Positions 35,742 through 45,875 of a DNA stretch of 58,931 nucleotides are shown piece by piece. Position 1 is the first letter of the stretch. Every line of letters starts with the position of its first letter. Under the pieces are notes generated by a model that did not search any database, was not told the origin of the DNA, and worked only from the letters and a program-made list of their open reading frames with translations. Origin of the DNA: Faecousia sp. GTDB lineage: Bacteria; Bacillota; Clostridia; Oscillospirales; Oscillospiraceae. The translations under genes and the position numbers were made by a program. The stretch is taken from assembly GCA_051867315.1 (NCBI GenBank), contig JBJDYM010000271.1, positions 1 to 58,931 of the forward strand, given 5' to 3'.

Positions 35742-38140
35742 CACAGCTTTTTCAGATAGACCGAGGCGGTCTTTGCCATAAGCTTCTTCGTGCCGATGTC
35801 ATCGAAGGCGATTTCCAGAAGGGCATCTCCCCCCATTTTGGTAACCGTCAGCACCATGCCCCGGCCGAAGGCCGCATGAACCACCATATCCCCCTGCTGC
35901 AGCTCCAGCATGGGGACGGCGCTCTTGGAGGAGACCATGGAGCTTTCGCTGTGATACCTGGGCTTGGGACGGGCAGTGTAGGTAGAATAGGGTCTCTCGT
36001 AACCCGTGGAGGAACTTGACTGGTAGGGGCGGAAGCCTCCTTTTTTTAGGATGCATTCCTCCGGGATCTCTTTCAGGAACCGGGAGGGCAAACTGGACGA
36101 TGTACGGCCATAGATCATACGCTGCCGGGCGTAGCTGATGGTGAGCGACTTTTTTGCCCGGGTAATGGCCACATAGCACAGCCGGCGCTCCTCCTCCATC
36201 TCCTCGGCATCGCCGATGGAACGTTGGCCGGGGAACAATCCGTCCTCAAAGCCAACCAGGAACACATGGGGGAATTCCAACCCCTTGGCGGAGTGCATGG
36301 TCATCATCACAACGGCATCGTCGGATTCATTGTACTGCTCGATGTCCGTATACAGGGCAATCTCCTCCAGGAAGCCCGCCAGGGTGGGATGCTCCGTGTT
36401 CTCCATATAGGAGTGAATGCTGGATTTTAACTCATGGACGTTTTCCAGTCTTGTTTTGTTTTCTTCCGTATTCTTGGCGGTGAGCATATCGGCATAGCCG
36501 GTGCGGCTGACCACCTCGTCGTAGAATTCCGGCAGGCTCATGCCCTCCTCCAAAAGCTTTGCCAGTTCCTCAATCATGGCGGAAAACTGCAGGAACTTCA
36601 TGGCGGATTTCTCCAGCGGGGCGTAGGAGAAGGGATCGGAAATCACAGCGTAGAGGGGCTTATCCTCGGCCTGGGCCAGCCGCTCCGCCATTTCCATGGC
36701 TTTGGCTCCCAAGCCCCTGGGGGGATTGTTGATGATACGGCGCAGACGCAGGGAATCCGCCCGGTTGTTGATGACGCACAGATAGGAGAGCATGTCCTTG
36801 ATTTCTGCCCGGTCAAAGAACCGGGTACCGCCGATAACCCGGTACGGGATGCCGTTGCGCTTCATGGCGTATTCCAAAGCGTTGGACTGGGCGTTGGTCC
36901 GGTAGAGGATGGCGAAGTCCTTCATGCCCTTTCCCCGGGTGGCGGCCAGGATCTGACCGGCCACATAATTGGCCTCCGAGCCCTCGTCCGAGGCCTCGTA
37001 GACGGTAATGGGGTCGCCGGAACCGTTGGCTGTCCAGAGTTTTTTGCCCTTGCGGCCAATGTTATGGGCAATCACCGCATTGGCCGCGTTCAAAATGGAC
37101 TGGGTGGAACGATAATTCTGTTCCAGACGGATGGTGCGGCAGCTCCGGTACTGTTTTTCGAAACTCAGAATATTTTCAATGGTGGCGCCACGGAACCGGT
37201 AGATGCTCTGATCATCATCGCCCACCACGCAGATATTCTCGTATCCCCCTGCCAGCAAGGAGGTGAGCAGATACTGCATATGGTTGGTATCCTGGTACTC
37301 ATCCACCAGCACATAGCGGAATTTCCTTTGATAATAGCGGAGAACATCCTCATTCTGCTGCAAAAGCTGGACGGTGACGTAGATGATGTCATCAAAATCC
37401 AGGGCGTTGTTCTCCTTCAGCTGGGTTTGATACTTTTCATAGGCCCGGGCAATGTATTTGGCCCGGATGTCACCGGAGTTCTCGGCGGATTGGAGCATTT
37501 CGGCAGGGGAAATCATCCGGTCCTTCTGCCGGCTGATGGCGCCCAGGACGTACTTCGGAGGGAAGGTTTTTTCGTCCATGTCCAGCTCCTTCAGGATTCC
37601 CTTCATCGCCCGCTCGGAATCCGAGGCATCGTAGATGGTAAAGCTGCGGGTATAACCCATGGCTTCAATGTCCCGCCGGAGGATCCGGCAGCAGGCGGAG
37701 TGGAAGGTCATGGCCCAAATGTCCTGAGCATTCGGTCCCAGCAGGACGGAGAGCCGGTCCTTGATTTCGTTGGCGGCTTTGTTGGTAAAGGTAATGGCAA
37801 TGATGCTCCAGGGCACCGCCGGATCGACGGCGCACAGCCCATCGGCCCGGCGGCAATCCTCCTCGGAGGCGTTTTCATCCATCCCTTCCAAAAACGCAAC
37901 GTCCTGCTCCGTCAACGCAGCGGGGATTTCGCTGCTCTCGCTGCCCCGGCCGAAACGCATCAGGTTGGCAATACGGTTGATCAGCACCGTGGTTTTGCCG
38001 CTTCCGGCACCGGCCAGCAGAAGCAGCGGCCCCTCAGTGGTCAAAACGGCTCTGCGCTGCATCTCATTCAGCTGCTGGAACTGGGATGCAATATATTTTT
38101 GTCTTGCGGCTAAAAAACGTTCTTCCATTTGTTCAGTCAT
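35741..38140 (-). CDS. pcrA: ATP-dependent DNA helicase PcrA/UvrD
   Basis: AGAGSGKT, TFTNKAA, DEYQD, VGDDDQSIY, HSAKGLEF and EEERRLCYVAITRA motifs, plus C-terminal Tudor-like domain. Confidence 0.96.
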   Translation of the reverse strand: MTEQMEERFLAARQKYIASQFQQLNEMQRRAVLTTEGPLLLLAGAGSGKTTVLINRIANLMRFGRGSESSEIPAALTEQDVAFLEGMDENASEEDCRRADGLCAVDPAVPWSIIAITFTNKAANEIKDRLSVLLGPNAQDIWAMTFHSACCRILRRDIEAMGYTRSFTIYDASDSERAMKGILKELDMDEKTFPPKYVLGAISRQKDRMISPAEMLQSAENSGDIRAKYIARAYEKYQTQLKENNALDFDDIIYVTVQLLQQNEDVLRYYQRKFRYVLVDEYQDTNHMQYLLTSLLAGGYENICVVGDDDQSIYRFRGATIENILSFEKQYRSCRTIRLEQNYRSTQSILNAANAVIAHNIGRKGKKLWTANGSGDPITVYEASDEGSEANYVAGQILAATRGKGMKDFAILYRTNAQSNALEYAMKRNGIPYRVIGGTRFFDRAEIKDMLSYLCVINNRADSLRLRRIINNPPRGLGAKAMEMAERLAQAEDKPLYAVISDPFSYAPLEKSAMKFLQFSAMIEELAKLLEEGMSLPEFYDEVVSRTGYADMLTAKNTEENKTRLENVHELKSSIHSYMENTEHPTLAGFLEEIALYTDIEQYNESDDAVVMMTMHSAKGLEFPHVFLVGFEDGLFPGQRSIGDAEEMEEERRLCYVAITRAKKSLTISYARQRMIYGRTSSSLPSRFLKEIPEECILKKGGFRPYQSSSSTGYERPYSTYTARPKPRYHSESSMVSSKSAVPMLELQQGDMVVHAAFGRGMVLTVTKMGGDALLEIAFDDIGTKKLMAKTASVYLKKL

Positions 38141-38171
38141 AGGCGCACCTGTCTATCTATAAGATGCTCCT

Positions 38172-38200
38172 ATTTTACTTCATTTCGGGCAAAAGGTAAA
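38172..38200 (-). promoter_or_regulatory. Candidate sigmaA-type promoter of pcrA
   Basis: TTTACC-17 nt-TAAAAT. Confidence 0.5.
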
Positions 38201-38206
38201 GAGGGA

Positions 38207-38911
38207 CTATCGCATGAATTCCCGGATTTTCTCCAAAGCTTTTTTCTCAATTCTGGATACCTGCACCTGGCTGACATTCATCACCTTTGCCACCCGCTGC
38301 TGGGTCAGGCTGTGATAATACCGAAGCTGGATCACCAGCCGTTCCCGCTCCGGCAATTTTTCCACCGCCTGGCGCAGGGCGATTTTTTCCACCATCCGCT
38401 CCTCGGATTCCGTATCGGTGAGCACATTTTCCAGGCAGAACCCATCCTCTCCCGTCTCCTGGTGGATGGACTCGGTGGCGGCGGTCGCTGTTTCCGCAAT
38501 GGCGATTTCCTCCGGAGAGAAGCCCGTCTGGTCCGATAACTCCTGGATGGTGGGCTCTCTTCCCAGCAGCGTGGTCAGCTTGTTTCGGACACTTTTGATG
38601 GTGGCGGCCTGCTCTTTCAAGCTGCGGGAAACCTTCAGGGTCCCGTCATCCCGGAGGAACCGGCGGATTTCTCCGGAGATTTTGGGAACGGCATAGGTGG
38701 AAAATTGGGTTCCGAATTCCAGGTCGAACCCCTCCACCGCCTTCAAAAAGCCCAGGCAGCCCAGCTGATAGAGGTCATCCGTTTCCACACCCCGCCCGAT
38801 AAACCGCCGGGCAACCGACCAGATCAAACCGGAATTCTCGTTGATGAGCTGCTCGGAGGCCTCCCGGTCACCGTTCTGGGCCAACCGGATCAGTTCTTCC
38901 GTTTTGCTCAT
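38207..38911 (-). CDS. sigF: Sporulation sigma factor SigF
   Basis: DDLYQLGCLG, FSTYAVPKISGEIRRFLRDDG and SQVQVSRIEKK motifs. Third gene of the spoIIA operon. Confidence 0.95.
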   Translation of the reverse strand: MSKTEELIRLAQNGDREASEQLINENSGLIWSVARRFIGRGVETDDLYQLGCLGFLKAVEGFDLEFGTQFSTYAVPKISGEIRRFLRDDGTLKVSRSLKEQAATIKSVRNKLTTLLGREPTIQELSDQTGFSPEEIAIAETATAATESIHQETGEDGFCLENVLTDTESEERMVEKIALRQAVEKLPERERLVIQLRYYHSLTQQRVAKVMNVSQVQVSRIEKKALEKIREFMR

Positions 38912-39339
38912 TTCCGGCGCTGGAGTTTTCGGCGCATATGGACGGTGGTGCCCTTGCCGGCGGCGGATGTAACTTCAAAACTGGTCATGAAGCTCTCCAT
39001 GATGGTAAACCCCATGCCGCTTCTCTCCGCTCCCCCTGTGGTGTAGGAGGGACGCCTGGCCTGCTCCACGTCGGGGATCCCCACGCCCTTGTCCTTGATG
39101 ACGATATCCAGCACATTATCCTTCAGAATTCGGCACCGCAGGGTAATATTTCCGATTTCGTCCGGATAGGCATGTACGATGCAGTTTGTCACCGCCTCCG
39201 AAACAGCGGTTCGGATGTCCCCCAGCTCCTCCAGAGTGGGGTCCATCTGGGCGGCAAAGCAGGCCACCGCGCTGCGGGCGAAGCCCTCGTTGGCAGAGCG
39301 GCTGGGGAACTCCAGGATCATGTAGTTGTCAAATTTCAT
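38908..39339 (-). CDS. spoIIAB: Anti-sigma F factor/kinase SpoIIAB
   Basis: NEGFAR, DPTLEEL, AVSEAVTNCIVHAY and RSGMGFTIMESFM motifs. Confidence 0.97.
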   Translation of the reverse strand: MKFDNYMILEFPSRSANEGFARSAVACFAAQMDPTLEELGDIRTAVSEAVTNCIVHAYPDEIGNITLRCRILKDNVLDIVIKDKGVGIPDVEQARRPSYTTGGAERSGMGFTIMESFMTSFEVTSAAGKGTTVHMRRKLQRRK

Positions 39340-39653
39340 GATACCGCCTCCCGAATTTCCACCAGCTTGTCAATGCCCGAGGCCCGGAACACCCGCATTG
39401 GCTGGGGCGCAATCCCGGACAGGAGCAGCTTACCCTCAATCTGGGACATATTGCGCAGTGCATTGATGACCACGGCGATGCCGGAGGAATCCACAAAGGT
39501 CACATCCCGAAAATCCAGGACACAAACCTCCGGCATATAGGCTTCAATTTTAGAATTGATGATCTGGATATAGGCCTTGGCACAGTGGTGGTCAATTTCA
39601 CCGGTCAGGGCAATGGTCAATTTTCCGTTTTCCAAAAAGCTGGTAAAGTGCAT
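39336..39653 (-). CDS. spoIIAA: Anti-anti-sigma factor SpoIIAA
   Basis: GEIDHH and FVDSSGIAV (phospho-Ser) STAS domain. Confidence 0.95.
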   Translation of the reverse strand: MHFTSFLENGKLTIALTGEIDHHCAKAYIQIINSKIEAYMPEVCVLDFRDVTFVDSSGIAVVINALRNMSQIEGKLLLSGIAPQPMRVFRASGIDKLVEIREAVS

Positions 39654-39732
39654 TTTTGAAATCCTCCTTTGAAAAGCTGCTGAGTGCAGTATAATCCCTG
39701 GACCGTAAAAATACAGTCGGAAACCAGAGCAT

Positions 39733-39774
39733 AAAAAGAAGGCAGAAGAAAAACAAGCGTTTCTCCTCTGCCTT
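39733..39774 (-). terminator. Intrinsic terminator after the nucleoside phosphorylase gene
   Basis: AAGGCAGA...TCTGCCTT stem followed by CTTTTT on the minus strand. Confidence 0.75.
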
Positions 39775-39784
39775 GCTGATGATG

Positions 39785-40567
39785 CTATTGTCCTTCTGCT
39801 TCCAGTATCTTCACCCCAAGCTCAAAAGCAAGCAGGGCAATTTTCCCCTTGTCATCCAGCCGCGTTTTGCCGGACAGGCTGCGGGGGTCCCAGGTGGAAT
39901 GATCCAGATTGTCGCCGGCATAGAAAAACTGGAAGAAATCCACATTCCGGAAGTCTGCCGCCGCCTGCATTCCTGCGCATTCCATTTCCACACAGATGGC
40001 TCCCCGGGCTTTCCGCCGGGCGACTTTTTCCCGGGTTTCCCGGTAGGGAGCATCCGTTGTCCAGGTGGTGCCCTCCACATAGGGGTAGCCATGTTCGCTC
40101 AGCACCCGGTGGAAAAGGTCGCGGTATTTGTGGTTAACATCGATGAAGTCCGCAGCAGGGGCATAATGGTAGCTGCTTCCCTCGTCCCGGAGAGCCCGGG
40201 TGGGAATGATGATGCCGCAATCTTCGATCGTTTTGTCCAGTACGCCGCAGTTGCCAAACAGAATCAGCTTTTTCAGGCCCATCACAATCATATCTTCGAA
40301 ATCCCCGATGCAGGCAGGCTCCCCCACCCTGGACTCAAAGAACGCGAACCGCTTTCCTTTATAGGTAACGGCATAGATGGGCTGCTTTCCATTGGCTCCG
40401 CCGACACGGGCGATTTCTTCCGGTTCAAAGAAAGCAAGCACCGCTTCAAAAAGATGGTGAGAAAAACAGGAGATGGTGATCTCCGGGTAATGCTCCACCG
40501 TATTCTTTACACACATCTCCGGGTTGATCACCGCATCCCGGCGGGGATCAAATTCTTCCAAGAGCAT
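39785..40567 (-). CDS. Nucleoside phosphorylase (PNP/UDP family 1)
   Basis: FGNCGVL, ALRDEGSSYHY, WTTDAPYRET and VEMECAG motifs. Confidence 0.9.
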   Translation of the reverse strand: MLLEEFDPRRDAVINPEMCVKNTVEHYPEITISCFSHHLFEAVLAFFEPEEIARVGGANGKQPIYAVTYKGKRFAFFESRVGEPACIGDFEDMIVMGLKKLILFGNCGVLDKTIEDCGIIIPTRALRDEGSSYHYAPAADFIDVNHKYRDLFHRVLSEHGYPYVEGTTWTTDAPYRETREKVARRKARGAICVEMECAGMQAAADFRNVDFFQFFYAGDNLDHSTWDPRSLSGKTRLDDKGKIALLAFELGVKILEAEGQ

Positions 40568-40643
40568 ATCTTCGCCTCTTTTCTGTTTATGAAAAGGCCT
40601 GGTTGATGATTGGTCAACCAGGTCTTTTGAAATGAGCACGGAA

Positions 40644-43283
40644 TTAAAGTGCCTTCATGGCAGCCAGACTCTGCTCCAGGCCTGCGATCAAATCACGGGC
40701 CTTTTGGGCCTTGGCCCGTTCGGCATTCACCACAGCCTCGGGGGCGCGGGAAACGAAATTCTCGTTGGAAAGCTTTCCTTCCAGATTCTGGAGGTTCTTT
40801 CTGGCCTTTTCCAGCTCCTTGGTAATCCGCTCCACTTCCTTGGCTACATCCACCAGCTGGCCCATGGGGATATACAGCTTGGCATCCGCGGTGGCGCAGG
40901 TGACCATTCCGTTCAGGTCTTCCGGCTCGGCATCCAGGATGGTCACGCTGTCGGCGTAGGCCAGGCGCTGGATAAAGCCCTCGCCCTCGGCAAACACCTG
41001 GGGCTTGGAGGTCAGCACATACAGTGCCGCCTTCTTGGAGGGGGGAACATTCATCTCTGCCCGACGGTTGCGAATGGAGCGAATGGCGTTCATCACGGAT
41101 TCCATGTGGGATTCCTCTTCCTGGAAGGCCAGCTTCTCATTGTATTCCGGCCACTTGGCCACGATCAGGGCTTCGCCCTCGTGGGGCAGACTCTGCCAGA
41201 TCTCCTCGGTGATGAAGGGCATGAACGGATGCAGCAGCCGCAGCGTCTGATCCAGCACATACACCAGCACCTGAAGTGCAACTTGCTTCCGCTCCTGATC
41301 CTCGCCGTAGAGTCTGGCCTTGGTCAGCTCGATATACCAGTCGCAATAGGTGTCCCAGATGAAGTCGTAGACCTTCTGGACGGCAACGCCAAGCTCATAC
41401 TTTTCCAGATTGTCGGTGACTTCGGCAACCAGGGTATTCAGCTTGGACAACACCCATTTGTCGGAAATTTCCAGTTTTTCCATCCCAGGCAGTGCATTCA
41501 CAGCCGTTTCGGACAGGTTCATCAGGACGTAGCGGGAGGCATTCCACAGCTTATTGGCGAAATTGCGCATCGCCTCGCACTTCTCGGTATAGAACCGGGT
41601 GTCGTTTCCGGGGGAATTGCCGGTAACCAGGTTCATACGAAGGGCATCACAGCCGTATTGGTCGATCATTTCCAGCGGATCAATGCCGTTGCCCAGGGAC
41701 TTGCTCATTTTGCGGCCCTTATCATCACGCACCAGGCCGTGAATCAGCACGGTGTGGAAGGGGGTCTTTCCGGTATGCTCACAGCCGGAGAAAATCATTC
41801 TGGCAACCCAGAAGAAGATGATATCGTAGCCGGTGACAAGCACGTCGGTGGGATAGAAGTAATCCAGATCCGCATTTTTCTCGGGCCAGCCCAGGGTCTC
41901 GAAGGGCCACAGGGCGGAGGAGAACCAGGTATCCAGCACATCGGGGTCCCGCTCAATATTGGTGCTGCCGCATTTTTCACATTTGCAGACATCCTCCCGG
42001 GAAACGGTGATGTGGCCGCAGTCGGCGCAGGTCCAGGCTGGGATCTGATGGCCCCACCAGAGCTGACGGGAAATGCACCAGTCACGGACATTTTCCATCC
42101 AGTTCAAATAGGTTTTGCTAAACCGGTCGGGGACGAATTTTGTTTCGCCCTCATTCACCACCCGGATGGCCTCCTCGGCCAGGGGCTTCATCTTCACGAA
42201 CCACTGGGCGGAGATGATGGGCTCCACATCGTTGTGGCAGCGGTAGCAGGTGCCCACATTGTGGGAGTAATCCTCCACCTTGACGAGATATCCGCCCTCT
42301 TCCAGATCCTTGACGATCTGCCTGCGGGCTTCGTAGCGGTCCAGGCCTTCATATTTTCCGCCCAGCTCGTTGACCTTGCCATTATCGTCCAGGACCCGGA
42401 TGACCTCCAGATTGTGGCGCAGGCCAACTTCAAAGTCGTTGGGGTCGTGGGCGGGGGTCATCTTGACGCAGCCGGTTCCGAATTCCATCTCGGCATAGTC
42501 GTCGGCCACCACGGGAATTTCCTTGTTCATCAGGGGCAAAATGACCTTTTTGCCCACGATGGCGGTGTAGCGGTCGTCATTGGGGTTGACGCAGACGCCG
42601 CTGTCACCCAGCATGGTCTCAGGCCGGGTGGTGGCAACCACCACTTCCCCGCTCCCGTCGGCCAGGGGATAGCGGATATGCCACAGATGGCCGGGCTTAT
42701 CCACATATATCACCTCGGCATCGCTGAGAGCGGTGACGCAGTGGGGGCACCAGTTGATGATCCGGCTGCCCTTGTAGATCAGACCCTTTTCATACAGGGA
42801 GACGAACACCTCCCGGACGGCCTTGGAACAGCCCTCGTCCATGGTAAACCGGGCCCGGTCCCAGTCGCAGCTGGCGCCCAGCTTCTTCTGCTGCTCCACG
42901 ATCCGGTTGCCGTACTTCTGCTTCCAGTCCCACACCCGCTCCAGGAACTTCTCCCGGCCCAGGTCATAGCGGGTCTTTCCCTCCTTGCGAAGCTCTTCCT
43001 CCACCTTGATCTGGGTGGCGATGCCGGCATGGTCAACGCCGGGGATCCACAGAGCGTTGTAGCCCTGCATCCGTTTAAAACGAATCAGGGTGTCCTGCAG
43101 GGTGGCATCCATCGCGTGGCCCATGTGCAGCTGCCCCGTCACATTGGGGGGCGGCATGACGATGGTAAAGGGCTTCTTGCTTTCGTCCCGCTCTGCGCGG
43201 AAATACCCGCCGCGCTGCCACATGTCGTAGATTCTCGCCTCCACGGCCTGGGGCTCATACACCTTTTCCAGTTCTCTTGCCAT
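40644..43283 (-). CDS. valS: Valine--tRNA ligase
   Basis: [26 protein letters not shown] and KMSKSLGN motifs, C-terminal coiled coil. Confidence 0.99.
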   Translation of the reverse strand: MARELEKVYEPQAVEARIYDMWQRGGYFRAERDESKKPFTIVMPPPNVTGQLHMGHAMDATLQDTLIRFKRMQGYNALWIPGVDHAGIATQIKVEEELRKEGKTRYDLGREKFLERVWDWKQKYGNRIVEQQKKLGASCDWDRARFTMDEGCSKAVREVFVSLYEKGLIYKGSRIINWCPHCVTALSDAEVIYVDKPGHLWHIRYPLADGSGEVVVATTRPETMLGDSGVCVNPNDDRYTAIVGKKVILPLMNKEIPVVADDYAEMEFGTGCVKMTPAHDPNDFEVGLRHNLEVIRVLDDNGKVNELGGKYEGLDRYEARRQIVKDLEEGGYLVKVEDYSHNVGTCYRCHNDVEPIISAQWFVKMKPLAEEAIRVVNEGETKFVPDRFSKTYLNWMENVRDWCISRQLWWGHQIPAWTCADCGHITVSREDVCKCEKCGSTNIERDPDVLDTWFSSALWPFETLGWPEKNADLDYFYPTDVLVTGYDIIFFWVARMIFSGCEHTGKTPFHTVLIHGLVRDDKGRKMSKSLGNGIDPLEMIDQYGCDALRMNLVTGNSPGNDTRFYTEKCEAMRNFANKLWNASRYVLMNLSETAVNALPGMEKLEISDKWVLSKLNTLVAEVTDNLEKYELGVAVQKVYDFIWDTYCDWYIELTKARLYGEDQERKQVALQVLVYVLDQTLRLLHPFMPFITEEIWQSLPHEGEALIVAKWPEYNEKLAFQEEESHMESVMNAIRSIRNRRAEMNVPPSKKAALYVLTSKPQVFAEGEGFIQRLAYADSVTILDAEPEDLNGMVTCATADAKLYIPMGQLVDVAKEVERITKELEKARKNLQNLEGKLSNENFVSRAPEAVVNAERAKAQKARDLIAGLEQSLAAMKAL

Positions 43284-43302
43284 AAAAATCTCCTTTCAAT
43301 CA

Positions 43303-43530
43303 GAAACGCCCTGGCTCCATTTGGAGTCAGGGCGAAAAAATCCGCGGTACCACCTGAATTCCCGGCTGCCCGGGCACTTGAAAGCGATAACGGGCTGACC
43401 CGTATCATCCTACTTCTTTCAGACGATCCACTCCGGGGCGACCTGCGGCATCATCCAATCTGTGCTTGCACCAACCGCACATTCTCTGCATTGGAGGGTT
43501 ATGCCGCTCCTCCCCTTCACTGTGTTTTGC
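43303..43530 (-). promoter_or_regulatory. T-box riboswitch (Val) leader of valS
   Basis: Stem I with AGAGA and GGTGCAA loops, specifier GTC at 43442-43440, T-box AATTCAGGTGGTACCGCG (43360..43343), terminator CGCCCTGACTCCA/TGGAGCCAGGGCG followed by TTT. Confidence 0.93.
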
Positions 43531-43539
43531 ATTTCCGCC

Positions 43540-43568
43540 ATTTTACTGTAATACTGCGGTTTTGTCAA
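43540..43568 (-). promoter_or_regulatory. sigmaA-type promoter of the valS leader
   Basis: TTGACA-17 nt-TAAAAT. Confidence 0.85.
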
Positions 43569-43629
43569 TAGAGTTTTTGAAAAAGATGGCAATTTTTAAT
43601 TCATAACCCTTGAAAAAACGGATATTCAC

Positions 43630-43657
43630 TTGACGAATCGGTAAAATGAAATATAAT
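43630..43657 (+). promoter_or_regulatory. Candidate sigmaA-type promoter of the GT2 gene
   Basis: TTGACG-16 nt-TATAAT. Confidence 0.6.
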
Positions 43658-43691
43658 AGTCGTATTCTATAAAAATGTGAGTTGATGATAA

Positions 43692-44633
43692 GTGAAACTA
43701 TCTTTGATCGTCCCATGCTACAATGAAGCGGAAAATGTGGAACTGTTCCAGGAGGAAACCATCAAGGCCTTTCAGGGCTGCGGGTATTCCTATGAAATTA
43801 TTTTTGTGGATGACGGCAGCTCCGATGCGACGCTGCATAATCTGAGAAAAATCCACGCAGCGGGAAAATGCTCAGTGAAGGTAATCTCCTTCTCCCGGAA
43901 TTTCGGCAAGGAGGCCGGACTGTATGCCGGGCTCCAGTATGCTTCCGGCGATTACATCAGCCTGATCGATGCTGATTTGCAGCAGCGCCCGGAGATTGTG
44001 CGGGAGATGGTGCAATTTTTGGATGAAAACCCGGATTATGACGTGGTGGCCGCGTACCAGGACCGGCGGCAGGAGGGAAAGGTTTTGTCCTTTTTCAAGA
44101 AGTCATTCTATCGGATCATCAACAAAATGTCCCGCGTAACGCTCCAACCGGAGGCCAGCGATTTCCGCACCTTTCGAAAAAGCGTGCGGGACAGTATTTT
44201 GACCCTCGGAGAATACCATCGCTTTTCCAAGGGAATTTTTGCATGGGTTGGCTATAAAACCCACTTCATTCCCTACACCGCCTGTCAGCGGGCCTTTGGT
44301 ACAACCAAATGGAATTTCCGAAAACTGATGAATTACGCCATTGAGGGAATCATCGGCTATTCCACCGCACCGCTCCGCCTTGCCACCTGTCTGGGCGGTG
44401 TTACCGGCATTGCGGCAGTGTTGTATCTGATTGCCGTTGTCCTGCAGAAGCTGATCTGGGGCATTGATGTTCCCGGTTATGCAACGATCATTGTTCTGAT
44501 TTTGTTTTTCAGCAGCGTACAGCTGTTCTGCATTGGAATTATCGGAGAATACGTAGGCCGCATTTTTGAACAGTCCAAAAAACGCCCCATCTATATTGCC
44601 AAGGAAATTCTTCTTCCTCCTGAACAGGAATAA
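43692..44633 (+). CDS. GT2 polyprenol-phosphate glycosyltransferase (GtrB/CsbB-like)
   Basis: IVPCYNE, VDDGSSD, FSRNFGKE and DADLQ motifs, two C-terminal TM helices, IIGEYVGRIF...KRPIY. Confidence 0.93.
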   Translation: MKLSLIVPCYNEAENVELFQEETIKAFQGCGYSYEIIFVDDGSSDATLHNLRKIHAAGKCSVKVISFSRNFGKEAGLYAGLQYASGDYISLIDADLQQRPEIVREMVQFLDENPDYDVVAAYQDRRQEGKVLSFFKKSFYRIINKMSRVTLQPEASDFRTFRKSVRDSILTLGEYHRFSKGIFAWVGYKTHFIPYTACQRAFGTTKWNFRKLMNYAIEGIIGYSTAPLRLATCLGGVTGIAAVLYLIAVVLQKLIWGIDVPGYATIIVLILFFSSVQLFCIGIIGEYVGRIFEQSKKRPIYIAKEILLPPEQE

Positions 44634-44637
44634 TGTT

Positions 44638-44666
44638 TCAGCCGCACGTTTCGTGCGGCTGATTTT
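44638..44666. terminator. Terminator between convergent GT2 and acyltransferase genes
   Basis: TCAGCCGCACG/CGTGCGGCTGA stem followed by TTTT. Confidence 0.8.
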
Positions 44667-44670
44667 CTGC

Positions 44671-45747
44671 TTATTGCTTTTTTCGAACGCCCAAAACGCA
44701 GAAACGGAGGAAGGGAATCCGGCTGAGCAGCTCATTCAGCCCAACGGTGAGCAGGAAGCTGAGCACAATGCCCAGAATGTACACCATCGCGGCGGGAAGA
44801 TGCAGCACAAAGCGAAGTGTCCAGCAGGTGAAGGCCATCACGGGACAGTGGAGCATATAGATCCCGCTGCTCTGCCGGGTCATGAAGCTGCACAGCTTGC
44901 TCTGTGCATCCAACCATCTCTTCCCGGCGCCCAGTATGGCCAGCACCGCGATCCAAAGATACACCGCCGTAAACACACTTTTCAGGCATTCATCTTCCGC
45001 ATAATTGGTACCGAAATAATACCAGGTATAGACAATGCCGAGAATCGCTGCCGCAGTGCAGAGGGGAACCGCATTCTGCGCCAGGGAATTCTGGAGCTTC
45101 TCGTGAGAAAATACATAATAGCCCAGAAGATACGCCGTGAAATAGATGCCGAATCGATAGACCGTAATCACCGGGGTATTTAAAACCTGGGCAGAGGCCC
45201 AGATCAGCGGCAGAAACACCAACACTCCCCAGGCATTCATGTTCCGGAAGCAGCTGAACAGCGCGTCCTTCCGATCCAGCTTCCGAAGAAGCAGCAGCAG
45301 CCCGGAGAAGAGCCAAAGCATCTGCGCAAACCACAGCGGTCCAATTCCCGAGGCCACGGAAATCAAATAGCGAACAAAGCCGGGCAGCTCCGCCGGCATC
45401 TGCTCCCAGCCGCCGCCGACCCAGACGTTAAAATATCCGGCAATCCAGTAGAAAACAAAAAGGCCAAGGGTAGAAGGCACCAGCAGCTTGACGGTTCTGT
45501 CTTTGAAGAATTCCTTGCCGCTGCGCTTTTGCAGGGAGTATCTGGCAGAAATACCGGCGATCACAAACAGCAGCGCCATAAACCAGGGATAGACGAAATA
45601 AAGAATGACGTCCTGATACTGCACCTGGGTGAATGGCCCGAAACCGCCAAAGACACCCTGCGCGTTAAAATAATAGAATACATGATAGATGAGCACCAGC
45701 ACCACGGTTGCCCAGCGGATGTTGTCAAGATAAGTTTTTCGTTTCAT
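44671..45747 (-). CDS. Acyltransferase-3 family membrane protein (OpgC/MdoC-like)
   Basis: R..YLDNIR...VLIYH, WFMALLFVIAG, GPLWF and SSGIYMLH motifs, about 10 TM segments. Confidence 0.9.
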   Translation of the reverse strand: MKRKTYLDNIRWATVVLVLIYHVFYYFNAQGVFGGFGPFTQVQYQDVILYFVYPWFMALLFVIAGISARYSLQKRSGKEFFKDRTVKLLVPSTLGLFVFYWIAGYFNVWVGGGWEQMPAELPGFVRYLISVASGIGPLWFAQMLWLFSGLLLLLRKLDRKDALFSCFRNMNAWGVLVFLPLIWASAQVLNTPVITVYRFGIYFTAYLLGYYVFSHEKLQNSLAQNAVPLCTAAAILGIVYTWYYFGTNYAEDECLKSVFTAVYLWIAVLAILGAGKRWLDAQSKLCSFMTRQSSGIYMLHCPVMAFTCWTLRFVLHLPAAMVYILGIVLSFLLTVGLNELLSRIPFLRFCVLGVRKKQ

Positions 45748-45844
45748 AGTCACTGCCTCCTTTGATGGAAGCAGTATAACACATCCTCAGGAAAAATGTG
45801 AAAAAACGCGATGAACGGCAGGATTCCGGCGGTAAACGGCAAAG

Positions 45845-45871
45845 AAAAAGCGGACGGCTGAAACCGTCCGC
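45845..45871 (-). terminator. Intrinsic terminator of recR
   Basis: GCGGACGG/CCGTCCGC stem followed by TTTTT on the minus strand. Confidence 0.8.
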
Positions 45872-45875
45872 ATCA

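Noticed and set aside
39660-39730. sigmaH promoter or Spo0A boxes upstream of spoIIAA
   Set aside because: No convincing AGGA...GAAT pair or TGNCGAA match. Only an isolated TATACT is visible.
40632-43571. 979-aa plus-strand ORF antisense to valS
   Set aside because: Shadow frame of a GC-rich, codon-biased gene. It has no recognisable motifs or RBS and runs through the T-box leader.
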